Below the pieces are notes generated by a model. The model was not told the origin of the DNA. It worked only from the letters and a program-made list of their open reading frames with translations, and searched no databases. This document shows, in pieces, positions 24,927-36,919 of a stretch of 64,000 nt of DNA. Every line of letters begins with the position of its first letter. The first letter of the stretch is position 1. This stretch comes from Mobula birostris (lineage: Eukaryota): the NCBI RefSeq assembly GCF_030028105.1, contig NC_092384.1, positions 17,615,629-17,679,628 of the forward strand. Reading direction: 5' to 3'. Made by a program: the position numbers and the translations under genes.

Positions 24927-25532
24927 TGAAGGGGGTGAAGGGGTAGGTAAATATGGGTATAGACTAAGAACAATGATTAATTAATGATCAATCACCTTGT
25001 GGGCGCCTTAGCTTACTGTTTTGGACAGTCAAAAAGAAGCTTTACCCAGCAACCGCTGACGTACTAGTGATTGTTCTCTAAACATAGGTAAAGGCTCAAA
25101 TAAGGAACTATCTAATCTTGCAGAAACAGCTCGATGTATAGCTAAATATGGGAAGTATATTGTTGGGGCTAGAATGTTCTGGAAGAAAGGGGAAGGGTCT
25201 GAATGAGGAACTGATGGGCTAGCTTTGGCTTAAAATAAGTATAACTAACTGACCAATGATTATCTTACATCGAATTGTGTCTTAACATGTGATTGAAATG
25301 ATTCTAATATTATCTAAACTTGTAATCGTATGATTTCATGCTACCTGATCAATGTTATAAAATGTGGAGAATTGTGTAATTCGGGGCAGTGTCTGGACTG
25401 GCTCTTTTGGGAGATCACTCTGTAACTTCGCCCATAGCATGCTCTGAGTAAAGAATAAAGGTTTGAAAAAGAATTACGTGTGTTCGTGTTCTTGTGGTAC
25501 TTTGTCTTTGCATCGGACTGTCCAGTACGACA
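24927..25532 (+). repeat. ERV 5' LTR
   Basis: TG...CA; AATAAA near 25454; about 90% identical to 31526-32124. Confidence 0.92.
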
Positions 25533-25535
25533 ACT

Positions 25536-25555
25536 TGGCGAGCCAGCCAGGAGTC
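25536..25555 (+). promoter_or_regulatory. Primer binding site complementary to tRNA-Arg(ACG)
   Basis: TGGCGAGCCAGCCAGGAGTC, 3 nt after the LTR; matches the reverse complement of the vertebrate tRNA-Arg(ACG) 3' end (from recall). Confidence 0.85.
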
Positions 25556-26218
25556 CAAGACGAGGATGTCAGCGTTCGACTCGGTGGCGGTGACCTGAGA
25601 CAGGTGGGCCCACAAGGTAAGATTTACCTTGACCTCTCTCATTAATTGCCCACCTTGAGGATCCCCTCGTCTGTCGGGTAATCTTCTGATGCACTCCTTC
25701 CGAAACCTGAGTTGAGGATCGCCTGAGTACCACAGGTTAAAAGAGGGGCTAGCGTCCCCAACGAAGTATAAGGTAAAGTAAGGGGTTACAGTCCCCGACG
25801 ATGTATTGTGAGTATTAAAGCCTGCCGGTGCTAACAAATTGGGCAGCGGGTCATTGGTAGTGATCTATTACATTTTCTTTGAGTGTGTTACAGCAAATTG
25901 TTCAGCGGGTTAGTGGCAGTAACCTATTACATTTTGGAGCTGGTAACCATTCTAATTGGCGTGGGGGGCCGGGCGTGTAGCGAAGTAAATTGACCAGCAC
26001 AGAGCAGAGCAGACGTTTGGACAAACACAGGGGAAGTGGCTTTCCTCTGCAATATATCCGGATGCTGTAAATACGTTTTGGGGTATACTTGTGACAATTT
26101 GCCTGTCTCAGCACCCTGCCTTAGACCGGTTGTTAAGAGGGGAAATCCCCCACGCGAAGGTCAGGACCCTAAAGTGGGAGTGAGAAAAGGAGGCGACTAA
26201 CCCACCCGATTAGGGAGC

Positions 26219-27650
26219 ATGGGACAAAGATTAGATAAGTCTGTAAATAACACGCCATTGTTTAAACTTTGTAAGGATGACCCAGAGAGAGAGAATGATT
26301 ACCGAAGGTTATCAGCATGACTAAATAAGAAATTGGGGAGTGACATTTGGCCTCAGGGTGGGACCTGGGATTTGGATAAATGTCTAGAGGTAGAAGAAGC
26401 AAATAGGAAGCGTAATACAGAACAAAAATGGAAGGTTTTAATGTCCAATTGGAGAAAAGCGGCCGAAGAATTAAATAACAGATCTAAGCAAAGAAGCTGG
26501 GAGCATAACGCATCGTCGCAGAGGGATTAGTGTATGTGACAATGAAGGAAATTAGAAACCGTGGGAAATATTTAATGGACTGTGTGAGGATCACGATAAG
26601 AATAAGGAAAAACAGGATAGGGGATAAAGAGATAGGTGGGCTAAGGATAGACGGAAGGATGATGATGAAGCCGGCAAAAGTAAAACTGAGGTACCTCTTG
26701 ACCGGTCTGGACTGCCCATGCCCTTTAATGAAAATGTCACTAAGGAGAAGGAGGTATTGCACATTCCCGTTGCCTGCATTCCAACCCATGGCGCCACCAC
26801 CCTCATATAACGTTACTGCTGCCCAACCCCAGGCTCCTCCGAATACACCGTCCCCAAGCCCAATAGCCTCCCGAGCCAGTGGATAACTTCGGCGACGGGG
26901 GAGTAATAGGCGCCAGGCTAGGAGGCGACGAAACCTTTTGGTGGGAGATGGCCCCTGACAGGCCTTGAGACGGATACTGATTATGACCCTAGTATTGAAA
27001 ATGATGATTCCGAAGACTTGAGACCCAGAGGGAGAGGGATCCCTGGGCAATTTCCCACAGAACCGTTCCCAACCCTAGGGTAGGACAGCCGAACCAGGCG
27101 GATACTATTCAGGTTTAAAGACCTTGGAAGCCCCAAGAAATGTGTATGATCATGAATCAGGTCCCGAACAGGGAAAATGATCCCGAGGGATCTATCGATT
27201 GGTACAACCCAAATGTTTCAGGTGACTCCCCATGATCTTTTCAGCTTGTGCTGTATGGCTGTTACGACCAGTGAACAGAAGAAATGAAAATAAGCTATAG
27301 GGGATCATGACAATTAGGAGGCCTTTTCCACCGCAACCCTGCCCGCAGAACGGATGTGCAAAATAACGAAGGCACTAAAGAAGGCTTTGCAGCACCCCAT
27401 AGACATCGTTATGGTCCTTGAGTGCCGCCAAAGGCGGGAGAAGACGGTTGCGATTTTTGGGAACGCTTCTGCTCCCTTTATGCAACCTACTCTGGAGATG
27501 CCGCCTATAATGCCGGCAATACTTCGCCCCAGTTTAATTCGATGATATTACAGTGCCTCCCCGAGGATGTCTCCAAGGCTATTAGAATTATATGGACTGG
27601 CCCGATAGGAATAAGCAGGCCATGAAAAGGGCAGTTGAGCATTTTTTGAG
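26219..27650 (+). pseudogene. gag: ERV gag (MA, late domain, CA), disrupted and truncated
   Basis: MGQ start, WPQGGTWDL matrix motif, PPSY late domain (26797-26808), RPWKPQE capsid start; stops and frameshifts. Confidence 0.8.
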
Positions 27651-27689
27651 TCATGCGGGGATTCCAAGCTAACCAGAGTAGAGCATGAA

Positions 27690-30221
27690 ATTGTGCAGCC
27701 TATACATCCGGTGGTCCCTACGATTTTAAGCAACATTCCACCGGACTCCCAAGTTTTCATTATAGTCGATCTGCAGCATGCGTTTTTTTGCAATACCCCT
27801 TGCTCCTGAGTCACAGTACCTTTTTTCATCTACCTTTCAAGACCAGCAGTACACTTGGACTAGGTTACGCCAAGAGTTCGTGCACTCGTCCACCATTTTC
27901 TCGCAGATATTACATAGGCAGCTTAGAGATTTACAATTTCCCGGAGGCTCTACGGTAATACAGTACGTAGATGACCTCCTACTGGCACGCCCATCAGAAA
28001 CCTCAAACGTGCAGGACACCAATACGCTTCTGAACGCTCTGCTTTCATGGGGATATGTGATTCCCCCCCGAAAAGTAAAGAAAGCCCAACGGCAAGTGAG
28101 ATTGCTGGGAACCCTTTTGAGTGCAACCGAAAGGCAGCTCATCCCAGAAAGGGTAACCAGAATCCTTGCGACCCCCTGCCATCTACGCCGAAAGCCATGC
28201 GTGCTTTCCTTGCGCTGGTAAACTTTTGCAGACAGTGGATTCCCAATTTGGTTATGTATACAAAACATTTGAGCCCTCTGGTTTCCAGTTCGCTTGCGGG
28301 GCCCCTAAAGCTAACTGAGCAACAGAGAGAGGCTTTTGAGGAATTGAAGAAATCCCTCTCGAGTGCACCTGCTCTCGGCCGCCCGCTCTATGACCGTCCG
28401 TTCCAACTTTTTGTGAATGTTTCAGATGATTGGACCACTGCAGTGCTCACTCAGATTCATGGGGATAGACGGAAGCCTATTGCCTATTATTCCATTAAGT
28501 TAGACCCCGTAGCGCAGGGATTACCCCCTGTTCGCAGATGCTCCCGGCCGTTTACTTCCTAGTTACGGCTGTTTCCAACATCACTCTCCAACAGCCAGTT
28601 ACAGTGTATTCGTCCCACACCATGGCAGCGCTGCTGACCACCCACCAAACCCAACATCTGACTCAGACCAGACTAAGCCGTTATGAAATAGCATTACTTA
28701 ATAACCCACTCCTCACCTTTGCATACAGTGATACCATCAACCCGTGCTACATTTTTAGAGATGGCACCTGTTGAGTTGACTGAGCCTCCTCATGACTGCC
28801 TGCTTAGGAACCATTTCCTCACCTCCTCCGGAACCCCCATCCAGAATGCCATGTGTGTAAGGAGCCTCCTTCAGGCCATACTCCTCCCCGAAATAAATTA
28901 GCCATTATTAACTGTTCGGCTCATCTAAAAGACGAATCTGCAGTGACTGAAGGAATTAACAGAGCAGATTTGACTGCCAAGCAGGCTGCGCAGGAGGCGA
29001 CTGCTATAGTCTTAAATGCAGAACATTTGGCCTTCACCCTGACTAAAACACCACGAGCGCCGGGCACTCCAGACGGGGCTACAGTTCAAAAACTCCAGGG
29101 GGACGCCCCTGATTCACAAAAACAACTTTGGAAGACACACGGGTGTGCGCATTCGGTGTCCACAGGCCTCTGGCATACCCCAGTTGGCCAGGTTGTATTC
29201 CTAATACATTGCTGCCTATGTTGCCCGATTGCCTGCATACGGACACCCACCTTGGCAAGGGGGGAATGAGTAATATTTTGCTCCGCACATGGTGGCACCC
29301 TAGGCTGAAGGAAGCTGCTGCAGCAAAATTACAAGCCTGTTTGATTTGCCAAAAGAAAAACGCAGAAAAGGGAGTAACGTGCGCCCCAGGGAAAACCTCC
29401 TTGCCAAGTGACCCTTTTGAATGTATTCAGCTTGATTTTATCGAACTACCACGCGTGTACAGTTATAAGCATTACTTAGTGATTGTATATGTGTTCAATA
29501 AATGGATTGAAGCCTTTCCGACCACCAATAATAAAGCTTCTACGGTGGTGAGGTTGGTGCTTACAGTGATTATACCGAGATTCAGATTGCCCAGGCAAAT
29601 AAGTTTGGATAATGGCCCTCACTTTGTAGGAAATATAAATAAAGAACTATGTAAGGTGCTGAGCATCGAACAGCAGTTTCATTGTGCTTACCACCCGAAA
29701 GCTGCAGGAATAGTGGAACGGGCCAACGGCACCCTGATAAACAAGCTGTCTAAGTTAATGTCCGAAACCGGACTGAGTTGGCTGAAGGCCCTTCCGCTGG
29801 CTTTATACCATATGAGAATTACCCCGCACTCCACTACAGGGGTGTCTGCAGCTAAAGTTTTTATGGGCGCCCGGGAAGGACCTCATGGGACGCTGACATG
29901 CAGCCTCCCACCCAAATTGATCAAAATGTCATGGGGGACGAATTGCAGAAGTACTTTAGCGAACTAACATCCTCGTTAAAGTTTCTTCACTCCCAAGTAC
30001 AGAATGCCCTTAAGGAGCCTGGAGGTCAGGGAACGGAGTGGCCAGAGTTGAAAATTGGAGATTCGATACTGATTAGGGATTGGGAGCGCTCCAATCTTAG
30101 ACCCCGGTGGATAGGGCCATTCCAGATACTACTGCAAACCCCAACGGTCGTTAAGGTTCGAGGGAACAGCCGCTGGATCCACCTAAGTGATTGCAAACGA
30201 TGGGCTCCGCAGGTGGACTAA
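27690..30221 (+). pseudogene. pol: ERV pol remnant (RT C-terminal part, connection, partial RNase H, integrase)
   Basis: VDLQHAFFAIPL, QYVDDLLLA, PIAYYS, HHCC (HTDTH...CLIC), DFI/DNG/VER catalytic core, GPF motif. Confidence 0.9.
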
Positions 30222-31513
30222 AGACTATTACTGGACTTTTCACTATCATAACTGCCTCCGCGGTATTAAGCCTGGAGTACAATTTATTTTATAAGACTCA
30301 TATACGTCTGGATGGTAACCGTACTGCGTGTTATCCTTTGGTAAAATCTGTAGAAGCATTGTTTGTTGCTAACCCATCAGGGCTAAATTGGGTGGAACAT
30401 GACTAAATAGTGGAGAATAGATGGGGGCAGAATGTAAGGGGATAAGAGGAAAGCTTAAAAGGGGGGCTATGGGAAAGTGCCTGAAGAGAGTGGGTGGTGA
30501 GACTACTGGCGAGGGCATTGGGGATTATCCCTTCTGTTTTGCAGGGGAGGGAAAGGGATGCGTCCTTGTCAGGGTTCTCCTGGAGATACCTTGCCTGAAG
30601 AAACATTGTCCAGACCTCAGATGTAGGATAGACCAGGGAATATTCTCTTGCAAATGTATCCACGAGCAATGCGTGCCCCTCTTTAAGGGAATTCAGTATG
30701 TATGTGGATATTGCAATGGGACTCATGTGTCGGCAGGTTCAGAGACTTTTGAATATTCTTCCCTGTATCCACAGGAGCACTTGTGGTATGACAAAATAGT
30801 GATTTACAAAAATACCTGTGACGGAGCCAAGACAGGATATGTGTTATTGTTCAACGGTACCTATACTACAGCTACCACCACTATGCCTAACCTTCTCGCA
30901 GTAGGAACGATTGGACCACTTCCTGTTCCCTGCCCTCATGTTGCCCACGTTCAACGGCGACTGACAGCTTGAGCCGTGAGTAGGAATTCTGTACTGACTG
31001 GAGGAATCCTGTTGCTCTTCTCTGGGCTATGGGTTTGCGAGCACTCTCTCTCTAGGGGGTTCGGCAGGTAAAGAACCACAACTTGCTCATTTGTGGGCTG
31101 GCGCATTGGGAAACAGTACGATGGAAGGTCTGGAGGCTGTTAACAGAGAACTGGTGGCGTTGCAACTCTACGCACAGCAGACCAGGTGCACTATGGATTA
31201 TCCGTTGGCCCAACAGGGAGACAAATGTATCACCATGTTACTGACGAATCATACGACGTGACCCATGCCATTCAGTCCATTAAGAAACAATTGGATGATT
31301 TCAGGCAAGGTTCGGCGAAGGGGGATGGCTGGTTAGGATGGTTGCAAGGAGGATCATGGAGGTCTTATTTACTGCATGGGCTGATTATTCTCATTGTTAT
31401 AATTATTGCTTGCTGTGTGGTAATAACCTGCCTAAATGCTGGCTGCTGACTTCTCACGGAAAGACTGATGGCACTCTGCTCTACCCCCATTTGATTGGTT
31501 ATCATGGTATGAT
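30191..31513 (+). pseudogene. env: ERV env remnant
   Basis: Signal-like LFTIITASAVLS; Cys-rich SU with CGYC; VQRR cleavage-like site; heptad ELVALQLYAQQTR; membrane anchor YLLHGLIILIVIIIACCVV; stops. Confidence 0.8.
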
Positions 31514-31525
31514 AAAAAGGGAGAA
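31514..31525 (+). promoter_or_regulatory. ERV polypurine tract
   Basis: AAAAAGGGAGAA immediately before the 3' LTR. Confidence 0.85.
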
Positions 31526-32124
31526 TTAAGGGGTGAAGGGGTAGGCAAATAGGGGTATAGACTAAGAACAATGATTAATTAATGATCAATCACCTTGTGG
31601 GCGCCTTAGCTTACTGTTTTGGACAGTCAAAAAGAAGCTTTACCCAGCAACCAGTGACGTACTAGTGATTGTTCTCTAAAGATAGGCAAAGGCTCAAATA
31701 AGGAACTATCTGATCTTTTAGAAGCAGCTCAAGGTATAGCTAAATATGGGAAGTATGCTGTAGGGGCTAGAATGTTCTAAGAAAAGCGGAAGGGTCCGAA
31801 TGAGGAACTGATGGTCTAGCTTTGGCTTAAAATAATTATAACTTACTGACCTATGATTATTTAACATATAATTGTTTGTTAGCATGTGATTGAAATAATT
31901 CTAATGTTATTTAAACTTGTAATCGCAAGATTTCCTGATCAATGTTATAAATTGTGGAGAATTGTGTAATTCGGGGGCAATGTCTGGACTGGCTCTTTTG
32001 GGAGATCAGTCTGTAACTTCCCCCATAGCATGCTATGAGTAAAGAGTAAAGGTTTGAAAAAAGAATTACGTGCGTTAGTGTTTTTGTGGTACTTTGTCTT
32101 TGCATCGTTCGGTCCAGTACGACA
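31526..32124 (+). repeat. ERV 3' LTR
   Basis: Starts TT (mutated TG), ends ACGACA, followed by TSD GAAG. Confidence 0.92.
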
Positions 32125-32759
32125 GAAGCAAAAAGACGGAAGAAGTCAGACGATTTCAACAGTGAGGAATTCTCGGTCATGTGACGTATCACAGGTACAG
32201 CCAGCATTTCACAAGATACCTCCCGCGTCCGTCGTCCACTTATAAATATTTAGAATGTTAATTCTACGAATACTCCATGATCACGAGCTTCGAATGGTAG
32301 AGTGCACAATATTGACCACTCAAAGCAGTTTAGACATTATCATAATACTTCGGTTTTTTCAGCTTTCTCCTTAATCGCTATGATCGTCATTTTCTGTTCT
32401 TCATTCGTCACTCTGCATGCTTACAAATAACATGGAAGCTTAAAGGGTCTAGGATCCTCCCCCTCGATCATGGCTGATCCAATCATATTCTCAGGCCGCG
32501 TTTTCTTTTTCCTCCGCAGCTCATATCGGTATGCTGAATTCCTCCATCATTTTGGGTGTGTTGCTTGGATTTCCTGCATCTGGAGATTTTCTCTTGCTCA
32601 TATCCGTATTAGTCAGCTTTGCAATGTCACTGTTCAGTTGCTTTCTAAAATTCACCAGCGAATTATTATTGTGAGTTTGGTCTTGTAAGTTAAAAGGCTG
32701 GATCAATGAAGAAAATCATTATTTCAAGTTATCACTTAACAAAGGTTCAAAAAACTAAG

Positions 32760-34920
32760 TAGCGATAGCGATCTAGAAGATTATGAGGCTAGCAGAAAGG
32801 AGCTTAAGAATGTAATTAGGAGAACCAGAAGGGGCCACGAGAAGTCCTTGGCGAGCAGATTTAAAGAAAATCCCAAGGCATTCTACAAGTATGTGAAGTG
32901 CAAGAGGATAAGACGTGAGAGTATACGACCAATCAAGTGTGACAGTGGAAAAGTGGAAATGTGGAAAAGGTTGAGGGAGGACTTGATAGAGGTATTTAAA
33001 ATTATGAGGGCGATAGATAGAGTTGACGTGGATAGGCGTTTTCCATTGAGAGTGGGGGAGATTGAAACAAGAGGACATGAGTTGAGAGTTAAAGGGGAAA
33101 AGTTTAGGGGTAACATGAGGGAGAAACTCTTTATTCAGAGAGTGGTAGCTATGTAGAACGAGCTTCCAGCAGAAGTGTTTGAGGCAGGTTCGATGTTGTC
33201 ATTTAAAGTTAAATTGGATAGCTGTATGGACAGGAAAAGAATGGAGGGTGGTGGGCTGAGTGCAGGTCGGTGGGACTAGGGGCGGGTAAGAGTTTGGCAC
33301 GGACTAGAAGGGCCAAGATGGCCTGTTTCCTTGCTGTAATTGTTATATGGTTATATGGTTATATTTAAGTGTGTATGGAACCGGAGGAGATAGCAGAGGT
33401 ACGTAATGAACACTTTACTTCAGTATTCACTACCAAAAAGCATCTTGGCCATTGTAGGGATGACTTTCAGCAGATTAAAAAGCTTGACGATGTAGACATT
33501 AAGGAAGAGGATGTGCTGGAGCTTTTGGAAAACATCAAGTTGCGTAAGTCTCCGAGACCGGACGAGACAGGGTAGTTCCAGAGGAGTGATGGGTTGCAGA
33601 TGTTGATCCCGTACTCAAGAAATGGAGTAGAGATAGCCCAGGAAATTGCAAACCAGTGAGTCTTACCTCAGTGGCTGGTAAGTTGATGGAAAAGATCCTG
33701 AGAGGCAGGATTTATGAACATTTGGAGATGTATAATATGTTAAGGAATAGTCACTATGGCTTTGTCAAAGGAAGGTCGTGCTTTATGAGCCTGACTGAAT
33801 TTTTTGAGGATGTGACTAAACACATTGATGAAGGTAGAGCAGTAAATGTAGTGTACATGGACTTCAGCAAGGCATTTGACAAGGTATCCCATGCAAGGCT
33901 TATTAAGAAAGTAAGGAGGCACGGGATCCAAGGGGCCCTTGCTTTGTGGATCCAGAACTGACTTGCCCAGAGAAGGCAAAGTGCGGTTGTCGACAGGTCA
34001 TATTCTGCATGGACGCCGGGGCCATTACTCTTAATGATTTTTATAAATGACCTGCATGAGGAAGTGGAGGGATGGGTTAATAAATTTGCTGATGGCAAAA
34101 AAAAAGTCTTGGGGTGTTGTCGATAATGTGCAGGGCAATCAGAGGTTACAGCGGGACTTTAATACGTTGCAAAACTGAGCTGAGAAATGGCAGATGGAGC
34201 TCAACACTGATAAGTGTGAGACGGTTCACTTTGCTCGGTCAAATATGATAGCAGAATATAGTATTAATGGTAAGACTGTTGGCATTGTAAAGAATCAGAG
34301 TGATCCTTGTGTCCAAGTCCATTTGACACTAAAAGCTGCTGCGCAGGTTGACTCTGTTGTTAAGAAGGCATACGGTGCATTGGCCTTCATCAACCTTGGA
34401 ATTGAGTTTAAGAGCTGAGTAGTAATGTTCCAGCTATATAGCACCCTGGTCAGATCCCACTTGGAGTACTGTGCTCAGTTCTGGACACCACACTACAAGA
34501 AGGATGTGAAAAGTATAGAAAAGGTGCAAAGGAGATTTACAAGGATGTTGCCTGGATTAGGGAGCATGCCTTATGAGAATAGGTTGATTGCACTCGGCTT
34601 TTTCTTCGTAGAGCGGCGGAGGATGAGAAGTAACCTGATAGAGGTTTATAGGATGATGAGAGGTATTGATCATGTGGATAGTCAGAGGCTTATTCCCAGG
34701 GTTGAAATAGCTAACACGAGAGGGAACAGTTTTACGGTGCTTGGAAGTAGGTACAGAGGAGATGTCAGGGGTAAGTTTTTTTCTTACACAGAGAGTGATG
34801 AGTGCATGGATTAGGCTGCTGGGGATAGTGGTGGAGGCGGATACAATAGTGTCCTTTAACAGCCTCATTTAGCAGATGGGTACAAGGATCTTAGAAAAAT
34901 AGAGGGCTCAGGGTAACCTT
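32760..34920 (+). mobile_element. Degenerate CR1 with a nested CR1 3' fragment at about 32956-33366
   Basis: RT motifs [27 protein letters not shown]; nested piece has a TATATGGT tail and is flanked by AAGTG. Confidence 0.85.
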
Positions 34921-35269
34921 AGGTAATTTCTATGATAATTTCTATGGTAATTTCTATTGTGCGCTGATGGGCCTGTATTGTGCTGTATATTTTCTATGTT
35001 TCAAACTTTGCGTTCCTCCTGTTCGATTTTTTAGATATTTTGTCAGAATTGTGTATGGCACCGACCAACTTGTCAGGTCGTGAAAAGAAAGCTGTTATTA
35101 CTGAAGCAGATGGACTCCTAGGTTAGACTAAACGAAACCTGGAGGGAACATGGTTTTCTTAAGTTAATTTGGATTACAGCTATGGGCTGTTGGATCTATT
35201 CTAGTGTTGACAGTGTTTTATTTCAACACTGGAAGCCACTAATTATACGATACGTTATTTTATTGGTTG

Positions 35270-35900
35270 AATGCAAAACTCAGCCGCTGCCTGAATTAGA
35301 TTTACGTAGAGACATAGAAAACCTAGAGCACAATACATGTCCTTCGGCCCACAATGCTGTGTCAAACATGTACTTACTTTAGAAATTAACTGGGGTTACC
35401 CAAAACCCTCTGTTTTTCTAAGCTCCATGTACCTATCCAGGAATCTCTTAAAAGACGCTATTGTATCCTCCCCCACTTCCGTCACCGCCAACCTATTCCA
35501 TGCACTCAGCACTCTGTAAAAAGCTTACCCCTGCAGTTTCCTCTGTACCAGCTTCCAAGCACCATAAGACTGTTCACTGACTATCTGACCATCTGACTAC
35601 CCACACGATGAATGCCTATCATCATCTTCTACACTTCTATCAAGTCAGCTTTCAGCTTCCGTCGCTCCAAAGAAAACAGGCATGCTCCCCAATCCAGGGA
35701 ACATGCTTGAAAATCCCCTCTGCACCCATTCTATAGTTTCCACATCATTCCTGCAGTGAGATAACCAGAATTGAGAACAGTGTTCCAAGTGGGGTCTGAC
35801 CAGGATCCTATATAGCTGTAGCATTACCTCTCGGCTCTTCAACTCAAGAGCATGGTTGATGAAGTCCAATGCACCGTATGCCTTCTTAACCACAGAGTCA
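35270..35900 (-). mobile_element. CR1 3' fragment
   Basis: ORF 35645-35893 KAYGALDFI...RPHLEHCSQFW. Confidence 0.8.
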
Positions 35901-36919
35901 ACCAGCGCAGTTGAAAAAGATAAAGTTTCAAGATTAGCTTTACATGTCTTATATGCTTCGAAATATCCAGAAAAGAAGTGTCAAAATCAAATCACCGAGG
36001 ATATGTTGGGCAGACTACAAGTGTTGCTAAGCACCTGGCACCAAGATAGCATGCCCACAAATCATCTACCTTAAAAGTAGATCTCTGGAATGTGGGTGGA
36101 AACCGGAGCACCTGGAGGAAACCCAGGAGTCCAAGGGAGAACATACAACCTCCTAACAGACAGCGTCGGCAATCGACCCTTCATCTTACAGATGGTGCTT
36201 TAAAGCATTGTGGTAATCACTAAGCTAATGTGTCGCCGCAAAAGAAACTTTGAAAGAATTCATAAGGTGCATCCAGCTCAACCATCGCTTCCGAATATAC
36301 TGTACCTGAGAATTGTGAGTAGATGAAGTAAATTGAGAGGTAGCACCAATGACCGAGGACTTCCTCTGAGACAGGCAGTATCACCACCGTGTTAGATGAG
36401 AGAAATGGTCAGTACTGGTCCAGCTGTCCATACTTACATGGCTCAATACAACTTGTTGTACGGTATAATCAGGTTGTATTTACAAAATATACGGTGAGTC
36501 TTGGCAAGAATCAATTTCACTAGACGATTAATCTGCAATCCGAGCTAAGTAGCAAGGTGGAATGTTAGCCTTAATCTATATAATATTTCCAAGTTGTGCA
36601 TATTCCATTGCAAATGAGACCGAAGGTTTCGAACAGGGTAGAATATACAGTATAATCCATAAATAGTGGAGCACACAGTGGGACAAAACAGGTGATTGTG
36701 ATGAGTGCCCTATTTTCAGTGGCTAGGGTAAAGGAATGAGAACAAAACATTTACAAGAGGTGTCGAAAGGAGCATTCGGTGGTTGGGGCGGCTGGTAGTT
36801 AACAGGGAGGTCTGCCAGAAGATAAACAGAGAGAAGCTGGAGAGGAACAGCATCGATGGTGGTAAATATGTAATACTGGAAGGGTAAAAGAATAATCTGC
36901 CCGGAGCAGCATAGAAACA

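Larger units (their letters stand above)
24927..32124 (+). mobile_element. Class I (gamma/epsilon-like) endogenous retrovirus, internally deleted provirus
   Basis: Paired LTRs; 4-bp TSD GAAG (24923-24926, 32125-32128); PBS, PPT, and gag-pol-env remnants in order; RT YVDD at 27964-27975. Confidence 0.95.

Noticed and set aside
26484-27050. 188-aa antisense ORF with a hydrophobic stretch in ERV gag
   Set aside because: Explained as the reverse complement of a purine-rich, degenerate gag; no independent motif
36674-36680. CACAGTG heptamer followed by ACAAAAC
   Set aside because: Spacer is only 2 nt; no adjacent V, D or J coding sequence
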